Positions 1 through 7,415 of a stretch of 34,662 bases of DNA are shown here, piece by piece. This DNA is from Verrucomicrobiota bacterium. Lineage in GTDB: Bacteria > Verrucomicrobiota > Verrucomicrobiia > Opitutales > Seribacteraceae. The position numbers and the translations under genes are program-made. The notes beneath the pieces are model-generated. The model was not told the origin of the DNA. It saw nothing but the letters and a program-made list of their open reading frames with translations, and did not search any database. Positions within the stretch are counted from its first letter, which is position 1; every line of letters begins with the position of its first letter. Location of the stretch: the NCBI GenBank assembly GCA_027622665.1, contig JAQBYT010000040.1, positions 1 to 34,662 on the forward strand, read 5' to 3'.

Positions 1-138
1 CCGTAGGGCGAAGGTGAACTGGGCGTCGCCTTGGAAGTTGGCCCCGTTGATGGCCACCTTGCCCGAATACGGGACCGGTGCGGCGAACAAGGACCAAGGG
101 AGCAGAAATACGAGGAGAAGTAGAGAAACGTTTTTCAT
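1..138 (-). CDS. N-terminus of a secreted/surface protein (partial, runs off the left edge)
   Basis: ATG at 138 (minus) reads MKNVSLLLLVFLLPWSLFAAPVPYSGKVAINGANFQGDAQFTFALR: Sec-type signal peptide followed by a beta-rich mature start; frame open to position 1. Not in the ORF track. Confidence 0.8.
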   Translation of the reverse strand, partial: MKNVSLLLLVFLLPWSLFAAPVPYSGKVAINGANFQGDAQFTFALR

Positions 139-161
139 GACTTTTATCGGGTAATAATAAG

Positions 162-190
162 ATGGTAGAGTGCATATGGCACCGTAGCAA
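162..190 (-). promoter_or_regulatory. Sigma70-like promoter for the secreted-protein gene
   Basis: Minus strand TTGCTA (190-185), 17-nt spacer, TACCAT (167-162); 23 nt lie between the -10 box and the ATG at 138. Confidence 0.5.
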
Positions 191-254
191 GGGGAATATC
201 ACCTGTACGGTGAGTTGCGACTTATATTAATGTTGAGGCCGCACCGGCCAACCG

Positions 255-503
255 CTACTTGAACCTTGCCCGAGTGTGCTTGGCCATGTCCCGCAAGGTC
301 TGGCAAATAAGAGGTAACTCCGGGTTCTTGTCCTTAGACTCGATTATCTCGAAGAAGGAATTAAGGGCGAAGTTCATAACTTGGTTGGTGTTCCAGTTGC
401 CGTACTTCTTGTACTCCTCGACCTTCTCCCAAGTTTCCAGCGAGATGCGAGTGGTAAAAGATTTGGATTCCTTTTTAGGCTTAGTTTTTTTGCGGACGCT
501 CAT
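255..503 (-). CDS. Ribbon-helix-helix (Arc/CopG-like) DNA-binding protein
   Basis: 82 aa with a basic N-terminus, a beta-strand (SFTTRIS), helix A (LETWEKVEEYKKY), a Gly turn and helix B (TNQVMNFALNSFF): RHH pattern. Confidence 0.6.
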   Translation of the reverse strand: MSVRKKTKPKKESKSFTTRISLETWEKVEEYKKYGNWNTNQVMNFALNSFFEIIESKDKNPELPLICQTLRDMAKHTRARFK

Positions 504-675
504 GTTATCTTGGGGGTACGGGTTGATTGAATTACAAAAGACTCAATCCGATTTTTTCCAGCAGGCAAGCCAAGACTCGATCAATCGTCAACCTGATATC
601 ATCTTCGGGGCAGGCGGCTAGCCGGCTTTTGCTAGTGAAATCCCCGACCGACTTCGAGCTTGATCCTGCTTTCGC

Positions 676-1143
676 TCATTCCCCCAAAGTCCTCCAAACC
701 GCATCGAAGTCCTCGACGAACTTGGCCCGATATTCCCGGTTTAGCTCGAAAGCCTTCCTGGTGGCATTCCTGTCCCCCTTGAGGTCGCCCGTCAGGCACT
801 TGTAGCGGCCTATCTCGTACAGGTAGGCGGCATCGTCCTCGAAAGCTTCCCGCTCCTTCATCAGATAGGCAAGAGCCGCCTCCGCACTCTCATTCATTCT
901 GACCGCATGAGCGTTCCTTGTTCGCCACTCCGAATCCTTTGGATCTCGCCTCGCCATTTCGGCGGCCATCGATCTGGCTCCCAGCCAATTTTCCGAATCC
1001 CGATAGATCGTCCATCGGCAATGAAGCGTGGCGTCTGCCATGCGGTCCTTTCCCACCAGCATTTCCAATTCCATGCATGCGTCGGCGAACATTTCCAACT
1101 GCCTGTAGCCGTCGGCTCGGGAGATACGGGTTCGGAGGTTCAA
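676..1143 (-). CDS. Tetratricopeptide-repeat protein
   Basis: 155 aa, all-helical; ADGYRQLEMFADACMELE and YLYEIGRYKCLTGDL...AFELN resemble small TPR proteins seen in Verrucomicrobia; TTG start. Confidence 0.65.
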   Translation of the reverse strand: MNLRTRISRADGYRQLEMFADACMELEMLVGKDRMADATLHCRWTIYRDSENWLGARSMAAEMARRDPKDSEWRTRNAHAVRMNESAEAALAYLMKEREAFEDDAAYLYEIGRYKCLTGDLKGDRNATRKAFELNREYRAKFVEDFDAVWRTLGE

Positions 1144-1340
1144 CTTATTTTTCTATCTGAGCCGGCAAGGTCCTTCGCCTAGATTTCACCACCCCGCCCT
1201 ACCCCGATCAAGCCGCCCCTTTCATCTGTCAACCGTCCTGCCATCACCATAACACGGCAAGGACTCAAAGAACTCCACGACGCCTACAGGAAACGCCACT
1301 TCTACTAAGTAGATGCAAACTATATCACTAACATATCAAA

Positions 1341-1367
1341 CAGTATGTGCGAATTCCGCACATACTG
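1341..1367. repeat. Perfect 11-bp inverted repeat (hairpin/terminator/operator)
   Basis: CAGTATGTGCG-AATTC-CGCACATACTG; followed by TTTGAT on the minus strand. Confidence 0.75.
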
Positions 1368-1540
1368 CTTGGAGCAACAGCAAGAGACCGCGGGTTTAAC
1401 GTCGCCGGACCATTGGGCTTCGTTATCTTGCCCAAAACTCTTTGGATGTATCCTCGTCGGTGCTGTCGCATATCTTCGAGTCTCAAGACAAATAAACTTT
1501 ATAGTTGGCAAACAAGTTCATTTAGTAAAAATTTTCAGTG

Positions 1541-2767
1541 ATGAAAAAATTACAGTATAGCGCCCCTCTAATAAAAAAGGATTCAGAAGTTTACAAGTTG
1601 GAGCGTAATTACGTTAGAGCAGGCGGTGATGACCCAAGAGACGAAAATTGGTTGCAAGAGCTCGTTTACGAAAACCCGAGTCTGTTGCCGGTGGATGAGA
1701 TAGAGTCAGCTTTTTTGGATTTACATCCATTGTGTCGTGAACTCCCTACAAAAGTCGGCTCCCTAGACGTTCTTTACGTGAATGAAAGCGGCTTGTTGAC
1801 CTTGGTCGAATGCAAACTTTGGAAGAATCCCGAAGCCCGCAGAGAAGTGGTGGGGCAAATTTTGGACTATGCCCAGGAGTTGAGCAGATGGGATTATGAG
1901 GATTTGGATGAAGCGGTGAAAAAATGCGAAGGATTGGGGGTTATTGAAAAACTCAAGCGCAGCATTGGTGATGCGGAGTTGAATGAGGTTTCCTTTATCG
2001 ATTCAGTCACAAAAAACTTAAAAAGAGGTAGATTCTTGCTTTTGATTCTCGGGGAGGGGATAAGGGAAGGCGTTGAGAACATAAGCGAGTTCCTGCAAAA
2101 GCACGCCGCCTTGAATTTTTCATTCGCCTTGGTGGAAGAGGCACTCTTCGAGCTCCCTAAAGAACTTGGAGGCGGGTTTCTCGTTCAGCCGCGAATTCTT
2201 TGCAAGACATTGGAAGTCGAAAGGGCGGTTATAAGAATCAGCGGTGACGAGGTTAACGTAGTAAGCTCGAACACTGACGATTCCTCCGAACGCTCGAGAA
2301 GCGGACCAAGCAACATCAGCGATCAGATTTTTCATGAAGAATTGGCCAAATCCACTACGACTCAGGTTGCGGAAGAGACCAAGAAACTCTTTGCGGCTCT
2401 CGTTGAAAGGGGCTTGGACGTAACATCCCAACAACTAAGAATAATCAAGACTGAAGAAAGGTTCGTCGAGAACGATTCTGGCAATCTGGTCCAATTCAAC
2501 TTTGCTCGAATCAATAAGAATGGAACCGTCGATTTCAAAGGATGGTCAGGCTCGTTGGGCGTTTCATACAAGGAAAAATTGGCCAGTCTGGGAAAAGGAT
2601 GGACATTCGTTGGCAATGAGGTCGACTACAACACGAACGTTCGTAACGCATCCGGAGACCGAATCAAGCTCGATGAATTGCTGGAGATCAAGGACGACTG
2701 GTTAAACTTAGTGGATCGAACTTTAGAGCTCTTCAAAGCATCCCTTAGAGATGAAAACACCCAATAG
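1541..2767 (+). CDS. PD-(D/E)XK nuclease-superfamily protein (NucS/DUF91-like N-terminal domain) with divergent C-terminal domain
   Basis: E..LQ helix (DENWLQELV), motif II LDVLYV, motif III LVECK and downstream VVGQILDYA (QxxxY). ATG 1541 (alternative GTG 1538). Visibly AT-richer than the flanking core genes. Confidence 0.75.
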   Translation: MKKLQYSAPLIKKDSEVYKLERNYVRAGGDDPRDENWLQELVYENPSLLPVDEIESAFLDLHPLCRELPTKVGSLDVLYVNESGLLTLVECKLWKNPEARREVVGQILDYAQELSRWDYEDLDEAVKKCEGLGVIEKLKRSIGDAELNEVSFIDSVTKNLKRGRFLLLILGEGIREGVENISEFLQKHAALNFSFALVEEALFELPKELGGGFLVQPRILCKTLEVERAVIRISGDEVNVVSSNTDDSSERSRSGPSNISDQIFHEELAKSTTTQVAEETKKLFAALVERGLDVTSQQLRIIKTEERFVENDSGNLVQFNFARINKNGTVDFKGWSGSLGVSYKEKLASLGKGWTFVGNEVDYNTNVRNASGDRIKLDELLEIKDDWLNLVDRTLELFKASLRDENTQ

Positions 2768-2797
2768 CTGGTTGCAGGGATCGAAATCCATCAAGGA

Positions 2798-2834
2798 TCT
2801 TCCTTCCTTCCTCCCTTCCTCCCTTCACCCTCCC
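2798..2834. repeat. Polypyrimidine/polypurine tract of degenerate TTCC/CTCC units
   Basis: TCTTCCTTCCTTCCTCCCTTCCTCCCTTCACCCTCCC: 29 consecutive pyrimidines, one A, then 7 more. Confidence 0.7.
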
Positions 2835-2900
2835 AGCAGCTGAAAAAGACCATCCGCATTGGAGCAGGATTTTTGTGGTATGTGCAGTGCGAGTCAGTCG

Positions 2901-3055
2901 TCATTTATAATCTCTACTGAGTCGGGCGTTAATGCCTTTCAGTCTGAACAAGACCCTTCCGTCCAGCTCACATAGGGGTATGAGACCCGCCGCTACGCAC
3001 CACGTGTGTTTCGAGGCGAGACACCTGGATAGCTTGCGACTTCCTTGGCGTTCAT
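2901..3055 (-). pseudogene. Frameshifted excisionase-family (HTH_17-like) DNA-binding protein
   Basis: Minus strand reads (RRNPPLI)MNAKEVASYPGVSPRNT, then after a single frameshift WCVAAGLIPLCELDGRVLFRLKGINARLSRDYK*. This matches the excisionase winged-HTH pattern (EVA.YLGVS...W...G.IP....GRVLFR). The span is 155 nt (not a multiple of 3), so it is absent from the ORF track. Confidence 0.7.
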
Positions 3056-3452
3056 GATCAGGGGAGGGTTTCTCCTGAGGTCGACCCGTTGTCCCCGTCC
3101 TTCGTCACCAGCGCATTGGTTCATGCGATCTGCAGAACCTCGTGCGGTCGACTAGCGACGGCGTTCGCTTCGGAAGTGACGAAGTGTTCGCTTTCGTTTG
3201 AGATGCTCCTTGTCGCGGTTGGCGGAAGACCAACCAGATCCAGATACTGCTCTCGAACGTGCCGCCATTGCGCGAATTCTCGCCCCGTGGGTTTCGGCAG
3301 GACCGGATGGGATACCGTCTCTTATGCCCCATTGGTCCGGACCTTCGCTCTGTTGCATTATCTATTACTCCTCAAGCTGAATGTCATTGTCGGCGGCGAA
3401 CGTCGATAAGCACTGCGGACAGCGACACTCATCCGTGTAAAATCGAATATCA

Positions 3453-3590
3453 TTACAGTGACCCATCGCCATCACTTGGAACGTTATCAGCGATCCACTG
3501 TTTCATAGGCTTCTGAAAGAACGCCAGTGCATCGATGCATGCGACATCCTTGAATCCTTCATGAGCAAACGCCTTGCCATTGCCTTTCTC
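3453..3590 (-). pseudogene. C-terminal fragment of an unknown gene
   Basis: EKGNGKAFAHEGFKDVACIDALAFFQKPMKQWIADNVPSDGDGSL* reads protein-like; upstream of 3590 the frame is only the antisense of the TPR cassette. Confidence 0.35.
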
Positions 3591-3960
3591 GAATCCGACA
3601 AGGCGATTGGCTACTACGAGAAATCCTTGGCGATAAGCCTTAAGGCACTGGGGCCACAGCATCCCGACATCGGCACGATCTACAATAACATCGGCGGAAC
3701 CTACGACAGCAAGTGCGAATCCGACAAGGCGATCGGCTACTACGAGAAAGACTTGGCAATAAAACTCAAGGCGCTTGGTGTGGAGCATCCCGATATCGGC
3801 ACGAGCTACAACAATCTCGGCACGGTTTACAAAGCTAAAGGCGACAAAACAAAAGCGATGGCTTACTTGCTCAAGGCTAAGGCGATATTTGTGAAGAAGC
3901 TAGGGGCGCAGCACCCGAATACAAAGACCGTGCAAGAGTGGATTGATGACCTCAAGTACC
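3591..3960 (+). pseudogene. 5'-truncated TPR cassette 1 (42-aa kinesin-light-chain-type repeats, C-terminal part)
   Basis: 126-nt period (GAATCCGACAAGGCGAT at 3591 and 3717); ALGPQHPDIGTIYNNIG motifs and a capping helix VQEWIDDLK; begins mid-repeat. The position of the stop in cassette 2 is TAC here, so the frame reads on to 3998 (ORF 3561-3998). Confidence 0.7.
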
Positions 3961-3974
3961 CCCCGGCCTTCTTC

Positions 3975-4160
3975 CTAGCCCCTAGCGAACTCGACTAGCG
4001 GGGCCACGTCGGCGAGGGAGTTTCCATGCCCTCTTCCATTCTCTGCGCGCCTCTTGAGATCCTCGAGTCGCCTTTCCTGCCTTCTTACGGTTTCCTCGAT
4101 CCCCCGGGCTAGGTTCGAGTCGACGTCTCCTAGGCCGAAGGCGGCGTATCTTTCTCGCTC
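3975..4160 (-). pseudogene. Fragment of an unknown helical/coiled-coil protein
   Basis: ERERYAAFGLGDVDSNLARGIEETVRRQERRLEDLKRRAENG...VEFARG* is protein-like, has no plausible start of its own and lies between the two TPR cassettes. Confidence 0.35.
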
Positions 4161-4399
4161 GACAAGGCGATCCAGTACTTGGAGAAAGCCTTGGCGATAC
4201 AACGCCAGGAGGGGCCGGAGCATCCCTTAGTCGGTAAGAGCTACAACAACATCGGTACGGCCTACGCCGCCAAGGGCGACAAGCCCAAGGCTTACGCTAA
4301 TTGGCTCAAGGCGAAGGCGATCTATCTCAAGAAGCTAGGAGCGCAGCACCCGCAGGCGAAGATCGTGCAGTCTTGTCTTGGATAGACGGTCTGAAGTAG
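4161..4399 (+). pseudogene. 5'-truncated TPR cassette 2 with a 5-bp duplication frameshift
   Basis: DKAIQYLEKALAIQRQEGPEHPLVGKSYNNIG...KKLGAQHPQAKIVQS is paralogous to cassette 1. Removing one TCTTG copy from 4371-4380 restores VQSWIDGLK* (cf. VQEWIDDLK). Confidence 0.75.
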
Positions 4400-4422
4400 G
4401 GGCAAGCTTCTGGGGTTGCCCC
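4399..4422 (+). terminator. Hairpin directly after TPR cassette 2
   Basis: GGGGCAA-N10-TTGCCCC starting at the last base of the restored stop codon; no strong U-tract. Confidence 0.35.
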
Positions 4423-4608
4423 GCTTACCCGAAATGCAGACAGACTTTCAAGATGGATTGACGTGCGATGAAGTTTACGAATATTACTGGAGCGTAGGGT
4501 TGAATAAATGATCAGGCATATCGTGCTGCTGACGTAGTTGGACCATTTCGACGACGCTATCGTCCGTGAAATTGATTAATAAAACCCTGAACTAACCCGA
4601 GGCATCTG

Positions 4609-6729
4609 ATGCGGTCAGCGATTACGCCAATCGATACAATCACGACAGTGCTCACATGCTGGGCCGCGATCATTTGCGCGCAGGACAAGCCGAAACCGTA
4701 CCGCCTGACTGGTGTCGATCTGAAGCAGCGTGTAATCTGGACCTCGGCGTGCCGGCAGCCCGAAGGTCAGGGCCTCGCGTTCGGCGGACAGGACCAGGAC
4801 GCTGCCGACGGACGACCACACACCCGGATCATGGCGAACGGCGCTTGGCGTCCGATTCACGAGTCGCTACGCGAAAAAAACCCGCTGCAAGATCTGCATG
4901 CCCAGACCTGGGCTTTGCGGATGCAGGCCAAAAACCTGCGAGCACGGATGCGTCACATTTATTTTAAGGGCGCACCGCCGATAGAAGCCGCCGCGCTGCT
5001 GAAGCGACAAATGCTGCCGGCGCTGACAGAACTTCGACAACAACTCGGGGCGCTGCAACTGCAATTGGGCAGAACGGCCGGGGGTGTTTACGTGGCGGGT
5101 CAGGCTCGGTTCGCACATATGCATGTTGACAAGGCAAAGGCTCTGTTGCCTGACCTCCAGCAATCGCTGACCCCCTCGACAATCCAGCGGTTTCGCGTCG
5201 CCCAGATTCATCTGGAGCTTGGAGCCGAGGCGCTCGACGCCGAGCCGCCGGCGCGGGTGCTGCACTGCGGCAAGCCCCATCGTCGCGACGACGCCAGTCC
5301 GGACGCTGTCGGCATCGTGTACGATGCCAAGACCAAGCTGTATGTAATGTTTGGCGGTGACCATCTCGATTACCTGACCAACGACACATGGGTCTTTGAA
5401 CCGGCCAGGCAGCAATGGCGCCAGCGACATCCTCCTACTGCCCCGCCGCCCCGAGCCAATCATCGACTCGAAGGTGCGGGGGACGGGAAGATCCGGATGG
5501 CAGGGGGCTACACCTACGCCTCGAACACCGATTACGTCGGGGGCCAGTTCCAAGACCTTGCCGACGGCGAGTGGGTCTACGACGTCGAAGCGAACACCTG
5601 GCAGGGAAACGGCCTCGTCGCACCTGACTCGCGTGTTTGGCGAGACGGCCCCTTCCATCCGGATTTCTACCTACAGGGCGACAGGCCGGATGCAGCCAAA
5701 TTCCAGGCGTGGCTCGCGGAGATTCCCAAGAATCGTTGGGTTGCCACCGACCCGCCCTATCGACCACGGCTGAACCGCGATTGGGGCACTGCTCGGATTG
5801 ATCCTGACCGTGACATGCTGCTGCGTTGGAGCGGCGGCCACTCGGCGCACGGTGGTACGGATGTGCCGCACTTTCATTTTGCCACCAACCGGTGGGAGTT
5901 GCCCTTTCCTGTGGAATTCCCGCTCGGTCAACTGTACAGCAACACTAGCTACCCGAACGGCTTCAATTTCAATCTGCGACCGTGGATGACGGGACATACC
6001 TATCAGAACTACGCCTATGATCCGCCGAGCCAGAAGCTGGTTAAGGCGGGGCGTCCGCGACACTTCTACGTCTATGATCCGGACGTTGGCGACTGGATCG
6101 GCCGCGGGGCGAAGCCCCAGGCGATGCAGTACAACAGCTGCTTCTACACGCTCACACTGTGTTCGACGCCACAGGGCATCATCTGCTGGAACAAGCAGGG
6201 CGGCGTGCATCGATATGATCATGCCGGAGCAATTTGGCGGCCGATGAAGCTCGCCGGCGATAAACTGCCCGGCGCGGTGGTGGACAATTCGACCATCGCC
6301 TATGATTCAAAACGTAATCGTGTACTGATGCTGCAGAAACCGTACGGCAAGGCGCCGTACACTGGCCAGATCTACGCAATGGATCTTGAGTCGAATACCG
6401 TCACCGCGCTCTCGCCCGACGGCATGGCGCAAGGCGCGAGCTTCGCCTACATCGACCGCTGCACTTACGACCCACATAATGATCTGCTGTTGCTTGCGTC
6501 TTATATCAACGATGCGGGCGACCACACGCCGACTCCCGCCTATGACTGCGCCGCCAACCGCTGGCGCTTGCTCGACATTGGCTATGACCTCGGCAAACGA
6601 GGCAGCCGTACGATTCGCGTTTTCCCACACGGCCGTTCCGACGGCATCATGTACGACCGCCAACGCCGGCTCATCTGGGGGACCGACACCAACAGCCAGG
6701 TATATGTCCTGCGTTTGGCTCCCGAATAA
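4609..6729 (+). CDS. Secreted Kelch-like beta-propeller protein
   Basis: 706 aa; probable signal peptide ending ...WAAIICAQ; repeated hydrophobic-GG motifs (LAFGG, VMFGG, MAGG, WSGG) and YD....W blades; visibly GC-richer than its neighbours. Confidence 0.75.
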   Translation: MRSAITPIDTITTVLTCWAAIICAQDKPKPYRLTGVDLKQRVIWTSACRQPEGQGLAFGGQDQDAADGRPHTRIMANGAWRPIHESLREKNPLQDLHAQTWALRMQAKNLRARMRHIYFKGAPPIEAAALLKRQMLPALTELRQQLGALQLQLGRTAGGVYVAGQARFAHMHVDKAKALLPDLQQSLTPSTIQRFRVAQIHLELGAEALDAEPPARVLHCGKPHRRDDASPDAVGIVYDAKTKLYVMFGGDHLDYLTNDTWVFEPARQQWRQRHPPTAPPPRANHRLEGAGDGKIRMAGGYTYASNTDYVGGQFQDLADGEWVYDVEANTWQGNGLVAPDSRVWRDGPFHPDFYLQGDRPDAAKFQAWLAEIPKNRWVATDPPYRPRLNRDWGTARIDPDRDMLLRWSGGHSAHGGTDVPHFHFATNRWELPFPVEFPLGQLYSNTSYPNGFNFNLRPWMTGHTYQNYAYDPPSQKLVKAGRPRHFYVYDPDVGDWIGRGAKPQAMQYNSCFYTLTLCSTPQGIICWNKQGGVHRYDHAGAIWRPMKLAGDKLPGAVVDNSTIAYDSKRNRVLMLQKPYGKAPYTGQIYAMDLESNTVTALSPDGMAQGASFAYIDRCTYDPHNDLLLLASYINDAGDHTPTPAYDCAANRWRLLDIGYDLGKRGSRTIRVFPHGRSDGIMYDRQRRLIWGTDTNSQVYVLRLAPE

Positions 6730-6738
6730 GGACAGTCC

Positions 6739-6770
6739 CACAGATTTCGTAAGGTGTTTACGAGATTGTG
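6739..6770. terminator. Hairpin after the propeller gene
   Basis: CACA(G)ATTTCGTAA-GGTGT-TTACGAGATTGTG: 13-bp stem with one bulge and one G-U pair, between convergent frames. Confidence 0.45.
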
Positions 6771-6798
6771 TAATGGCAGAGCAACAATGGGGACCTGG

Positions 6799-7227
6799 CT
6801 AATCGAGGAGCTGAGGCTCGAACCATGCTATGCACTTTTCCAAGCCTTGGTCTCTTTCGGCTTTGGTACAGCAATATCTGACATTTGACATTCTCTCAAG
6901 TAGACCGGAGAAGCACTTGGTGTCCAATGAGCATTTGATTTCTTCAATTTCGCGAAGAGAATAATCTTCAGATTCCAGTACTCTTGCCCCAACCACTACG
7001 GCATCGGAGAATTCTTGCAAATGGCTCTGGCTCTATCCATTTGGTTTGTGGATGGGACAACTTTTCGCCGTCCTGCATTTCGAGTCACAGCCTTGGTGCT
7101 TTTCTCGATAGTTGAAGAGTGGTGTTTCCGGCAATGCTTTGCATTCATTCATTTCCGCGTCCCGTGGCATACTTTCATCTCTTGAGATAGAACATAGCAT
7201 GTACGGGAACAAAACAAGCGGGCTCAT
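6799..7227 (-). pseudogene. Cys-rich hypothetical gene split by one in-frame TAG
   Basis: ORFs 7033-7227 and 6799-7020 share a frame and are separated only by TAG (7035-7033): ...HKPNG*SQSHLQEFSDAVV... Confidence 0.4.
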
Positions 7228-7415
7228 CCCTACATATTATAGATGGTCAGTAGTTTATGCGATTATAAGTTTTCGCTATTTTTGTAATTGGTCTTGGCCG
7301 GTAAGGTTGAGATCCATGTCGGTGACTCATAAGAAAGTGCAGAGTTGTGGAATTGATTGCCTAGTTGACGCTCACTTTGCCTTGCTCAAAACCACCGGAA
7401 CCTTTCCATGGAAGT

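Noticed and set aside
1216..1308. Peptide ITRQGLKELHDAYRKRHFY* vaguely like a tyrosine-recombinase C-terminus
   Set aside because: Too short, with no catalytic His/Tyr motif upstream; cannot be supported.
1300..1314. TTCTACTAAGTAGAT resembles the 3' hairpin of a Cas12a direct repeat
   Set aside because: Single copy, lacks the AATT 5' part, and no array or cas gene is present; it also coincides with the end of a possible gene fragment.
1460..3000. The hexapeptide ETRRYA is encoded both near 1470 (minus) and near 2985 (plus)
   Set aside because: A six-residue match across six frames is plausible by chance, and the second copy is the antisense of the excisionase remnant.
3089..3516. Several overlapping 60-106 aa ORFs
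   Set aside because: No recognisable family or consistent frame; probably degraded DNA.
4105..4130. GGTTCGAGTC tRNA T-loop-like motif (possible att site)
   Set aside because: The flanks do not form a T-stem or acceptor stem; no cloverleaf.
3591..4399. Diversity-generating retroelement TR/VR pair among the TPR repeats
   Set aside because: Differences between copies are not adenine-specific and no reverse transcriptase is in the window.
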